From Podarcis bocagei (lineage: Eukaryota), in assembly GCA_964188305.1 (NCBI GenBank), contig OZ076889.1: DNA of 64,000 nt, one strand, 5' to 3'. Positions 37,246 to 49,880 of this stretch are shown here, one piece after another. Both the position numbers and the translations under genes were made by a program. The notes under the pieces are model-generated. The model saw only the letters and a program-made list of their open reading frames with translations, did not search any database and was not told where the DNA came from. Position 1 is the first letter of the stretch, and the number at the start of each line of letters is the position of its first letter.

Positions 37246-40200
37246 CTCTAGAGTAATTTTGTACAGTAAGGTCCTTTTCAGAGTTCTGCTCAATACTTCA
37301 CCCAGCACCTAGTGGGATCCTACTACACATTAAGCGAACACATGATACTGCTGTTCTGAGGAACTTCAGATGCAAAGAATAAAGGAGACACCATGCATAT
37401 TGCTCTGGGCAAAACAATAACACTGTAGGGAGGAAAAGGATTCCCTGTTGCTCTAGTATACCTTGTAGGCTGATAGTGTACTATGGGGAGGGGAAGAAGT
37501 AGCTTCAGCATTATATATCCTATTACTGTGACAGGTATCTTACTATAACATCAAATGTCCCTTATCCATGATTACATTAAAAAAAAATTTAAAAAATATG
37601 CTCGTAGGGAGAGGGTTGGGAATTAGCAGATCAAGTTCTCAATTTGGACTTCTAGTCCTTGGCTATTGAGTCACTATCAGTGATTCAATGAAACTGTTCA
37701 AGTACCGAGGATGGGAAGCCGTGTTCTTCACCCGAACATTCCTGTCACACCTTTGTCACTGTTTACAGGTACTCAGCCACTGGAGGCAAAATTTCTGTTA
37801 CTCAGAAAAAGTGTGGGGTTTTCTTTCAGTCTTATTAGAGCGATTTATTGTGGGTTATCCCATTTTACCCTGACGACAGCTTTGTAAGGCAAGTCAGGCT
37901 GAGAGATAGTGACTTCCCGGTGAATGTTCTAATTGAACAAGGTTTTGAACCTGAGTTCCCCACATTAAATTCAAAAAGTTCAGCTATTTGACTATGCTTG
38001 AATTTATTTGTTTCTTAACAGCAAACAATATACAATCATTCCCTGCTTTATGAGAGTAGGATGGCAAGGAGAATTTCAGATTACTTAAACATGCTGTTCA
38101 GTACACAACTTCAACATTAAAAACACAGCTATAAAACCAAACCTGTATTGCCACAATTATGTATATGTGTCTATTGCGATAGCATTTTTGATGCAGCATT
38201 TTAATGCAGATCAGTAGGGAATTCACTTACTCTGTCATTCTGAAAGTATGATGGTGTCATACATTGTCATGCAGTCTTGAGTTGGCTGCAGGACAAATGT
38301 AGTCACAAACAAAGAATGTGGAATTAAAATCCAAATAATGGGACAGAGTATTTCAAGTGCTGGTAAGAAACTTCTTATTACAAAACCAATCCAGAAATCC
38401 GATGGATGAACCTTCTGCCACCTACTGGGCAGGAAAGAGATAAAGTTTCTTAATTTTTGTTGTTCTTAGTTGATTCTGACTGTCTAGAATCAGAACACTG
38501 ATGATAGGATTTAAAACTAACATCTCATTTCAACACACCATCTGCTTTTCCTTTGCAGTTGAGAAAAACAAAATTGATAGATTTACTGGCCACAATGAAA
38601 GCTTTAATGTACTTCTTACTTCAAAACACAATTTCATTGTAGCTTTTATTTCTCTCTGTAAAAACTAGAATATTAATGAGTCACTGGGAGTTGAAAATGT
38701 TTTGACAGTGGAAAGCTGTGAAAGAAAAAGCAATAATGAAATTAGGGGAAGTATATATGACAAGCCCTTATAAAAATAACATCTTACTAACACACCACCT
38801 ATCTGATTGGGTTGCACCTGCCACTTTGGGTGGCTGGGTCCATAAGCAAAAAGGAATTCAAAAAGAAATTCTAGCAATGAAATGGTTAAATCAGTATATA
38901 ATTGGTCCTGCTTTAAGCTGCTTTTTCTAATAAGTCAGGACTAGTCTTAAATACTCCCTTCAGCCCTTCCTTTTCATTAAAGTTGGTTTTAAAGTGCTAG
39001 AATGCTTTAACATCACATTGATCTGCACTGAGGTCAAGCGTAGTGTCAGAGTGCTGTTGTAAACTCCATTTCTCAGGTAGTAGTAATCCATTAAAAGCGC
39101 TTAAATTGAAGGAAGTAATTAGTCTGGTGAGAAGAGAAAGGGGCTGGCAACATCTCAAGATGCAGCCAGGATATTCTAAACAGTAGAGGAAGCATATCAC
39201 TAATTTTTCTTCAAAATCAGAACACCTTGAAGTTCAATGTTTTCTCATTGTAGAGCTTTTTCAGATGAGAATTGCTGAAAACCAGAGAGGAGTAGTTATG
39301 GGACTAGAAAGAGTATGAGTACTCTATTAATCCAGCCTTGTTAATTAGTGACTGAACTGCAAAAAAACATTTACTCATGTGAGGGTTTCCTTTTATGAGT
39401 AAAAAGGCTAGTAAAAATGTAGGAGGCTGACAGAGGAGATGTTTGTTGACAGCCTTCCAACACTGACAGCCCGGTTGATTTATATGCTAGGTGTACAAGA
39501 AAGGACTGTGCCTCCTGTGCAAGCAATACAAAAGTCTACTCTCTAGGTATTCTGCTGCACTTCTGTGCTGGCAAAGGAGGAAGGGGCTTTCCTTTTCCCA
39601 CAGCCAGGGTAGAAGCTAGTAAAATTGCAACAAATTGGTCTGGAGGGAATTTTGTGCCCTTGCCTATGTGGTATTCCTTATCACCAGGGGCAGCCAGACA
39701 AGTGCTTAAATATAAGAGTGTTCTAATCACTTGAGCATTTGTTCTGATCAGAGCAAGTCATATTTTGTGCCCTAGAGCATTTGCAAGATGTTCCATGCTG
39801 GGTAGGTGTAGGAAACTAAATACTAGCCTGGAATTAAAAAGATGATTATATAGAAGTTAGGGTAGTGTGCAGAATCAGGGGCAAGTTCTTACCTGAAGAA
39901 AGTCTCTTGTGTGAGAGCAGTGACCCAGCTCAGGTAGCAGGTATAATTCAGTCATTTGGGGCTGTCATGTGTCTACCTCGTCAACTCTTTCTTCGCTAAT
40001 CAAATATAAAGGGAATGTAAGGTTCCTTCCTACTATATATGTTTTGAGTTTTTTATCATCATTACCTTAAACTGGCTGAGTGACTAATTGGAACTCTTCC
40101 TCCTCCCCTCCAAATAAAAGGGGTTCTCCGTGCTGATGTCTTATACTTCCAGTATTACAGACAAAGGAGCAGATCTGGACTGCTGTGTGGCTTCTGACTG

Positions 40201-42715
40201 TGCCTGAAAGCAGTGAATGGGAGCTGAAGATGCCCTCCGTGGAGCTACATCTTCAAGATCTGTGCAAGAAGACTTAAGCGGTGGGCTGCACCACATATTG
40301 CAGGGGAGGTGTATAAGCTGCAGAAGCATCCACTTACCTGGGTTGGGTTTGGGAGAGTGTGAAGATTTTTCTTGTCCCACAGGCCAACTGATGAGATTCT
40401 AGATGTCCAAGGAAGGCATGCTAGACCTTGCCAGGATAAGTTTCCATAGAGCTTGAGCACCAGGGCTTGCCAATTCAATGTCCCATTTGCAATTGGTGCC
40501 ATCTTGGATGATTCAGAGGAAGAAAACCGTCCTGAAAAGCGGCTATCCTTCCCTGCCTATAGTAGACCACTCCTGATAAGGCTGGTTAAAGTTCATCACA
40601 CAGCATGTCACAATTACCCAGCCAAGTTGAAAACAGGTTCATCACTAATCATTTCTAAAAGGCTATATCAAACACACATGAAGCAATGCCTTATATTTAT
40701 TTTCTGTACAGCACTGCGTATAGACAGCATTAATTTTCCTTCAGTTCCCCTTTTGTAAGGCTGGAGAAAACTAATTCACCCATATCTAGAATATGATCAT
40801 GGTTAAAATGCAGAGAAGCTGCCTTAATCAAGTTATACGAGTTCGAAACCTGATTGTAGGCAGCAGCAAACAGTTGCAGTTTACATTTGTTCCAAGTGGG
40901 GAGTAGTACAACTGAAAATAGTTTGAACCAACAAGCAGTCCTGGGTGACTTGAATTGGGCAAATGCTCATAGACTTGCCTCACTATTACAAAGAAATCCT
41001 GACACAGATGAACAGCCTGTCCTAACACTTGCGAGTCCAGAATCTGGGTTTAAAGCAAGCCTTGCTTTCAAGCCTGATTTGATGACTCTAGAGGGGTGGG
41101 CAATGCAGCGTGTTTTGAGATGGGGGGGGGGGCTTAGATGCACTTTAGAAGATGCTTAGTGGGTCCAGAAGGGGAACCAGGAACAAAAAAAATTGATACA
41201 TAATACAGATTTAAAAGTATAACAGGAACTATCTTCCTCCAACTGCAGACAGGAGGATTTGAGGCAGATTTTGGTGACACATCTAGGAACCAAAGATTCA
41301 GGGCTACATTAGGGCGCTTGAGTGTCTTTCAAGCATGGCTCTACATGCTGCTGATGCTCTGAAGTGTTGCATTCATCTCCCAACAGTGAACATGCGGAGG
41401 CAACACTTGAGTTACAGTTTGTGGTAAGTAATAATGTGGAATGGCTGCAGCACCTGCTGATCTTTGCCATTTATACTATTCAACATTATGGAAGTGCTTG
41501 GAATGGGTTTTGCTTTTTGAGGGTTTAAAATACCCCTCCTACAAGCCTCCACACCCATCTTTTGCACTGTGAATGGGGGCTTGGGTACTTCTTTATTTAC
41601 CTGGAGATTGTTCATTCCTACAAGAACATTCCACTTCCATTTTCTTAAATGGACTGGATGTTCTCTGTTAAAGAGAACATTACACACTCCATAGCACAAT
41701 TCTGTAATAGTGCTGCATATAAATATTGACAGTGCATAATAAAAAGTTAGGAAAATCCAATGAATACTAGAACTGATTAGGCATATGTGATTAGCAGCAT
41801 ATGAAAATGACCTCAAGTTTGGCCCGCTGATAAGACAGTTTGTCTATGCAGTTACTAAGATCTTCCACACACTACTGGTGAATTACTAGCTTAGCCTTCT
41901 ATTTCAGTTTCCCTGTTCAGCAAAGGGAAAACATAGTAAATTCAGTAAAAAGCCACCTTGGCTTTTAGGGGAGTTGGAATGAGGGCAAACTTCTCCCCAT
42001 TCTGACCATCTGGTTTCTTGAGACCAATAAGGCCTGCAGAGGTTCCCATCTACTTTTAGCCTTGCACAAATCGGCAACCCAAGAACAGCACACAAGATTC
42101 TCTTAAGCCACTCGCTGGGAAACATTAGATTATTGCAAATTGTGCCACACGGAGACTTGGCAGAAACTGCTTTCTCAGAAATCTGCAATGAAATGCATTT
42201 GGGATTTTTGTACATTTTAGCTACAGCAAACAAAACTAGCACAATCCATGTACTAAATTCTCAAATCAACCTAAGCGGAGCTCGCATTGACAATCCTCAC
42301 GATGCTTACCAACTATCTCACTCGTGATACAAAATCTTGCTTCTTGCCAGAAGATGCCACCTGAGCCCTGTTACTGCAGTTTACATTTCATGTGGTACTA
42401 AGAGAAGACAACTGGATCATGGGGTTGATTTGCCCTATTTCATCCAGTTACCGAGGCAGCAGTGTAATAACAGGCTACCAGTGCAGTGGTTACCAAAGCA
42501 TTTTGGCCCTAGCTTTATTACTGAAATTTTGCATTGTTGCATGGTATACAAATAATATGGGCAGCAATGTTTGAAAAGCAGTCATGTGCAGGTGTTGTGA
42601 TGCATAATCATCTCAACAGATCTACTAACCGCCTGTGTTTTGCTGAAATGGTTTCAAATTGGTATTTCAGGTAGGGCATTCTTAGCGCACATAAGCTCCC
42701 ACAATTTGGCAAGAA

Positions 42716-42988
42716 CAGTGGTGCCTCGCAAGACGAAAAACCCGCTAGACAAAAGGGTTTTCCGTTTTTCGATGCGCTTTGCAAGACGAATTTCCCTATG
42801 GGCTTGCTTCGCAAAACGAAAAAGTCTTGCAAGTCTTGAGGATTTCCCCCCCCCTTTCGCTAAGCCTTTAATAGCCGCTAAACCGCTAATAGCGCTAAGC
42901 CGCTAATAGGGTTGCTTCGCAAGACGAAAAAACCACTAGACGAAGAGACTCGCGGAATGGATTAATTTCGTCTTGCGAGGCACCACTG
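42716..42988. mobile_element. Tc1/mariner-type MITE, CpG-rich and young-looking
   Basis: Perfect TIR CAGTGGTGCCTCGCAAGACGAAA / TTTCGTCTTGCGAGGCACCACTG; AA flanks. Confidence 0.87.
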
Positions 42989-45819
42989 AACATGATTGCC
43001 ATTTCACAAGGAGAAAATTAGATTCATGCCTTTGTTTTAGATGAGGTTTTTTGTTCTGTTTTTTAATAAAGTGCTCCTGGTTTCATCTGATGCAGATTAT
43101 TAAGTTAGCCATTTCAAAGATTTGGTTGTTATTTTTTTGTAAGCAAAGTCAAATTTCTAAGTCAAATGTAGGCGCTCTGAACTGAATCTGCAACAGTGGT
43201 AGTTCACTCAAAACTACTTCAGAAAGGTTAGCTTTTCTGAAATCATTAGAGAATCGTGCAGTAGAAGACAAGATGGGGAGTCATGTGTGGACTGGTAGGT
43301 GAGCTCTGAGGTGATCTATGCGAAGCAGCTCCATATACATACCACAACAGACAGATACTTCTTTTCATGAGGACTAGAAACTTGATTAAGCTGAAATTTC
43401 TAGAAATCTGAAAAATACACTGGGTGTGATTTTGTGATTTTCATCCTTGCCGTGAATTAGTGTCACTGGGTAAACCTGGAAACCACATTTAATCTGATTG
43501 TTACTATCATATCTAAAGTGAATACTTTTTGAAGAAGCCATATATGATGAATAGGTATGCCAAGTTCTAGACATGAGGAAGATTTAAATTATATAACCTT
43601 TCTGCGCCCGCCCGCCCCGGTCAGCCTTCCATATAATGTTTTAAAATCTCTGTTTACTGGCTCATATTTTTGTGGTATTCGCTTACGAAAGATACATATG
43701 CTTCGTGATGATGGTATACGGAACCTGACTATATATGGGCTTGCAAACAAAGGCTTAAACATGTGTACCACATTATGTGCCTACACAGATGATGTGCTTG
43801 GCCACCCTCAACATAGTCATGTGTGCTATTCAGCAATTAAGGAAAGGTGGTGTGTTCTTTTTCCCTTATGGAAGTAGCCAGTCTACCAATGAAACTGCTA
43901 GGGATGTTTTGATATTTTAGGTAATTTGAGGGTAATTGCTGACCAGCCAACTGGCATTTCCAATATTGGAGCATGTAATGTTGCATTCATTAATGGAACA
44001 CACTGTTCAGTTGCTAACCATAGGACTTTAGATTCATTTGTGACTAGTTCCATCACTCCTTCTAAAGTGAAAGAAGATCCCCTCTGGGGACTATTGAATC
44101 ACTTCCCAATGTCTCGGTATCGTCAACATGAGCTTAGTGTAGAATTGTTAGCTTGTGGGAGATAAGGACTTGATTACAACTACTTTCTCCTCTGCCACCT
44201 AAATCCAAATTACATGAATATCCTAATATGGGCCCTGAACAAACAAGATTCCAAAGAAGGATGGCAGAGAGCCTACTGGCAGCTTACTCCTTTCAACAGA
44301 ATGACCAACGTAGACTAATTTTATGGCTGGACTTTCCAACATCTTATGGTGTCATCAAATGAGAACTGCAAACAATAGGGGTACCAGAACTGCAGTACCA
44401 ATTGTTAAGCCTGTATGCATATGCCCCCATCTAGGGTCTGCCTGCACACTGTAAGGAATTGGCAGTCATTTTCTATTGAACGCCTCTTGCAACTGATGGA
44501 AGCAAGTTGGAACCTGTAGTTGCACACATCAAATTCTAATGCTAACCCAAATTTCATTGGGAAGGAGCAGATTTCCCTACCCAAATGCAACTTGATGAGC
44601 AAGTCTAAACTTCATATCCCATCAGTAAATCTACAATGAATGGGCTGAACAGGTTTCTCTTAGCCTTCTTTGCCTGCCTTCTTGTTGCCTTACCTAATTT
44701 ACAGGACATCTAAACGTAACTCGGGTGTCCCATTTTTCCAGTGAGCATGTGCATATCAACAAATTGCAGTATGGGCAAATCTGGTCATGCTGCTTTAGTA
44801 TATATGCAACTATGTTTTTCTTTTGAAAGGTACTGGCAGGCAGACAAACCCCATGCCTGGGGGGAGGGTGTAAAATAAACCAGTGTTGTGTAATTGGCAC
44901 TTAAAGGAGTGTGGTCTAAACTGGCTTAAATAAGATAATGGTACTGGAAGGAAGGTTAGCAGGATGTAAGTGACACACATACAGAACCGGGGGGAAACCT
45001 CTTGCCTTCTAAACGCTGCATTACAGCTCCCATCCCTGACCATTTGTGATCCTGGCTGGGGCTGATGGGAGTTTGGAAATGCCATCTTTGAATGATCACA
45101 AGTTCCGCAGCACAGTATAGGAAGGGACCAAACTTAGTACTAAGGAGTCAACAACATACAGGGATTTTTTCAAAAAGCAAAACAAGAATGACAAAGCTGA
45201 TTTAAAAATATTAAATGGCATATTTAAATTGGTTTTTTAAAAAAAATCTAATGTGCTATTGATTTCTGCATTTTAATGTTTGTTGAATTGAAATAGTGAT
45301 AATTAATCCTGTGCATAGGCATTCCTGTAAGCTTCAACCCTATAAATACCCTATGCTCTAGCAAGTAGGCAGACCTCTCTTACCTATGTCTTTTATGTAT
45401 ATAACAGGTGCTACTACTTTTAAGAGATTGTTTTTACTGCATAATCAAGCCATATATTTAAATAAGCTGTATAAAACTTCTGCGACTTTTAAGATTCCCA
45501 TCCAGCTGCAATCTTCAGTATTAAGCCAAAAGCTAGCTACTGCCTACAGAACTGATGGTGGTGAGTGCATGCCTTGTGCAATAGCTATGAGTAGAATGCA
45601 ATCACTTCCCTTTCCTATCTGACTCTAGAAATTCTATGCATTTCCTACCACCACCACCACATTCCTGAATAATGTACATGCATGAGCTGTTTGTGGTTTT
45701 CTGGCTGTAATACTATACATTTCCTTTCTTTGGGGAAAGTTGAACAAAACAGAAAAACCAAAACAGGAAAGTACTTCCTGCCTTTCTGGGGGGGGGGGTT
45801 CAGCTCAAATGTTCTAGAC

Positions 45820-45956
45820 TAGGTGTGAGGAATGTTTGACCCTCCAGATGTTGCTGAACTACACATCTGATAAACTGCAGCAAGCACAGCCAATGGCCAA
45901 AGATGATGGGAGTTGTAGTTCAGCAACATCTGGAGAGTCAAAGGTTCTGACACCTG
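45820..45956. mobile_element. hAT palindromic MITE
   Basis: CTCCAGATGTTGCTGAACTAC / GTAGTTCAGCAACATCTGGAG arms; TSD TTCTAGAC / GTCTAGAC. Confidence 0.8.
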
Positions 45957-46906
45957 GTCTAGACAGTGAGCTGTTTTTATGAGGGATTCTGCTATGTCGG
46001 AATACCATCACACAGATCCGAACAAATGCAGGTCACTAAATGGCACTGCAAATGAATGCTGTGTCCAAGACGGCTTAAACTATCCCCTTTGATTTTATGC
46101 AGGCTCTCTTTGCTTGAGAACCGCATTTACAGCCACAATTGGATGGCTTTCAATTTTAGGTGAAATAGAATTCCGTCTTTTATATGCGCTAATTAAAGTT
46201 TCTGGTCACTTCCCCCTAAGCTATACCTTCAGCTGCATCAGTGCTTTTTTCAACAAATGACATGTATAAAGATAAGTCTACTCACTATGAGCCTAGTTTT
46301 TGACTATATTCATGCAATCATGGCCATGTGTAGGTTGCTGAGGCTAGACCCATGAAAAGTTGGCAAGAATTCCCTGACTCCCAAGTCGTACCGTTTGTCC
46401 ATTAACTCCACTTCCCCTCAGATGGATGTTTAACAGATGCACAAACAGTTTTGATTTCCTATATGAGGGTGGTCCAACATGCAGCCCGGGGGTTGCATGC
46501 AGCCCTCAAGGCCATTTTCGACAGCCTTTGGCAGTGTTCAGGACTTCTTAAAGTGACTCAAGTAGCTGGCTTTTTTTTTCTTATTGCTGTGAGGCACACA
46601 AGAAAACAAACGGCAAAGGCGCTTGTCTCTCTCATCCCCTTCAAGGCCAAACGGGCCAGCCCTCCCCTGCTGTATCCTCTAACCTTGCCCAGGATTGCTC
46701 TGGACAACAAAATAATGTATTAATGTGAGAGAGGTATTTTCCACACACAGATAATGAACAACTGGATACATCCACATATATAAGGCTCAGTGAACTTAAC
46801 AGCATTTGCTTAAGTCTTGCACTGCATTTTGACCACACATGGAGTTATAATCCTATTTTGCGGATCACAGCCTAGCACACTGATTCAGCGCATACTAACT
46901 CAGGAG

Positions 46907-47408
46907 CATAGCTGTCGACCATCCCTTATTTGGCGGGAAAGTCCCTTATCCCAGCACCGTGTCCCGCTGCTGTCCCTTATTGATGATGTCCCTTAAATTT
47001 CCCGGGTTTCAAAGGAAGCAGCTCCTCTCCCTGCCAGCCAGGGAGGCTCCAACTGTGTTGCTTGGCTGCGTTACTCACCCAATAAGGAGTCTAAGAATGA
47101 CTGGGGGTGGAGCTTGCATGCCTTGTGCCGCTCAATTCGGCCATGTTGCCTGGAGACTCACCTTTGCTCAGCACTTCCCAGCAGAGAGGGGATGGTGGTT
47201 TTCCTTGTTGCATCCCCTTTGCCGGGTTGCTGCGCTGTGGGAACCACTGCTTGAGGTTTCGTTTGGCTGCTGGCTGGGCTTTCTGCCTTTGGCTCAGAGG
47301 GAGAAGGTGAACATACCCGTGCTGGGAAAATCCCTTATTTTGGCTGCTGATCCCTTATTTTCAAGGCTGCTGGCCCTTTATTTTCAAATCTGTAAGTTGA
47401 CAGCTATG
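46907..47408. mobile_element. 502-bp non-autonomous hAT element
   Basis: TIR CATAGCTGTC(G/A)AC; repeated TCCCTTAT subterminal motifs; perfect 8-bp TSD CTCAGGAG. Confidence 0.9.
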
Positions 47409-49731
47409 CTCAGGAGTAGGTCCCATTATGCTTATACTTAAATATACTAATGGTGTATATTAAATAATATTAGCTATACTGCAAATACTTAAGTAACAAT
47501 ATAAAAATTTGGTTCACTCTGGAGCCTCTGGTTTCTGTGTCAAAGTACTCTTGCCGCACACTTTGGGAGGTTGGACCACTCTGTCCCATATTATGGACTA
47601 GAGTAATCCGTGCAGACTTGTGGAGTGGAATGTGAATTGTACAGTTAATATAAGTAATTGTCTAGATTTGTGTTAGTCTGGTGTAATATCCTTCTGTATT
47701 AAGATTTGCTACAATTTCGATCTAGGAAAATTTTATTTGGGTTGGTGGCTATGGAAAAGGTCAGTCCTGCATTTCTTCCTACTGCTCAGTTCCGTAAACT
47801 CCACAGCAGACCCCTGCTTGGTATAATGTGCACCTGAATGATATTTTTTCATACTTTCGACTTGATTTGTGGCATACTTGCCCAAAAGAATGGTCACCAC
47901 TTAGTATTCAACTTACGAAGACCACTAAAACCATGTGTCAGTAGAAGTGATTTTATAAAAGCAGCTGCAAGTAACAGTTATTGGAATTTGTGAATATAAT
48001 TCCCTTAATTCTGCATATGGTGATCACCAGCCTTTGAGCATTTGCAGGCAAACACTGTAAAGTACTTTGCCCCAAAATGTCTGGATGGAGCTGTTTAGTT
48101 GGTATGAAGATGTGGACACTGGCTAGGATAGGATGGAGTCCCCCTTACAGTAGCAGCTAGCCGTGTCTCCAGGTAGCTGCTTAGTCGGGCACTTGGGGAG
48201 CTACCAATACGATTGTCATGCAGCTACTGTGCTATCGCTGTTGATCTTCCCTCTTCACCTTCAAGGCCTCAAAGCTTCCTGCCCACAAACAACAGATCAG
48301 GGCTGACATCTGTTGCAGCCGTTCTCTCTGCGCACTTGCCCTGGACTGCAGCTCTGCAATTATACTTGTTTTCAAAGCCCCCAGCCCTCATTTCACGAAT
48401 GGGAACACAACAAGCCTGCAGGCAATTTGAGACCCCATCTGTTCTGGAGTGTTTTTCTCTTGTGTCGTGCCTGAGGATACAGCTTGTTTGTTTTTCTCTG
48501 TCCCGCTCTTATCCTCCAAGACACAAAATATGTACGTTGCTGTGGCAATGCACAAGTATGGGCAGTAACAGGAGAAAAGAAGGCAGAAAAATCAGGCCAA
48601 GCACACATGTTGGGATTTTATGTTTGGCTATCTATAGTCTGCTCTCGAATCAGGTATCCTTTCTCAGTATTTGCTCATCTGTTGCTCTTGGGTTCTTAGG
48701 CGATTTTATCTCCCTAAAGCTGGATCCCTGCCTCCAGTAGTGTTTTTCTTGCCCTTTCCTTATTTGGGGCTTTCAGTGGTCTCCTAGTCAAGAGACTAAA
48801 AAGGTCTACATCATCTTTACTTCATGAATTCTGCACCAGGCGATTCCAGACCACACACTTCAGCCCTCATTCTTAAAATGTAGCATTTGAGTTACTTTCA
48901 TGGGAAGGGTTTGATACTACATAAAAACACAGTAAAACTAGTACGGGCCCTTGTATTCATAGGTTGCAGGAATTTCTCAACACATCTTGACAGGCTGGGT
49001 GGGTGGTTTTTTATGATGAAATACATGTGCTTCAGAATTGTTAATGCCAAATAACCCCCGGGACCTTATGAAGAAGGGCAGGCAAGAAATTGAATTAATA
49101 CCTTACTTTGTATGCATAAGCAGGGAAGCCCATAGTGTGTTGTCACTCCGTGGCTGCTGTAAATTCCTCACAAGTCTTCCACCCATCACAGCTGGCATGG
49201 TCAGGTACCTGGAGGTTAAAATAAAAGAGTGAGAAGCCCATGATGAAAAACTAGGTTCTTAGTTACTTCAACTCCCAATTGCTTTGGTAGATTTGTTTAT
49301 GCTACAGTTGAAGAAAACAGAAAGCTTGCTACTGTGCGGCAAATGCCTCCTGTTGTGTCTAATCATTTGCATAGCGGCTTTTGCAGATATGCCAGTATTT
49401 TTCAGGCTGTCAGTGTTCAACTGCTAAAATGTAAAAAATAAGAAGAGGTTAGATCCTGTTAACTTTTCAAATGTAAAACCAACAACTTAAACTAAATGCA
49501 AGTTTCAGTAGGAAAAAATTAAAGTCTTAATCCTGCATTTCCTGAGAGAACTTACTGCAGCCCTTGGGAGACTCTGTGTCTCTTCTATAGAGAACATTCG
49601 TTACACAAAAAGAGCATCTCAGGATATTTGTTTATAAGAAGGCAAGCTCAAAAGCAATTCCTGAAGGTGATTATTTTTCCTATACTGTATATGGTATATC
49701 TAACATTTTCTGTATATGTTTTATAACTTGG

Positions 49732-49880
49732 AATCACAGAGCTGCAGAGTTGGAAGGGACCTCAAGGGTCATCTAGTCCAACCCCCTGTAGTGCAGGAAT
49801 CCTGATCATAGCTGTACCTTGGTTGGCTCAAACCACCAACCACCTGGTTAACAGTCAGACACACTGAGCCATTGTGCCAT
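49732..49880 (-). mobile_element. tRNA-Asn-derived SINE with CR1 3' tail
   Basis: Minus strand reads TGGCACAATGGCTCAGTGTGTCTGACTGTTAACCAGGTGGTTGGTGGTTTGAGCC...GATTCCTGCACTACAGGGGGTTGGACTAGATGACCCTTGAGGTCCCTTCCAACTC. Confidence 0.72.

Noticed and set aside
46959-47441. 160-aa ORF
   Set aside because: Lies within a non-autonomous hAT element and shows no transposase motifs
48213-48740. 175-aa intronic ORF
   Set aside because: Non-ATG start, no recognisable domain and no convincing splice context
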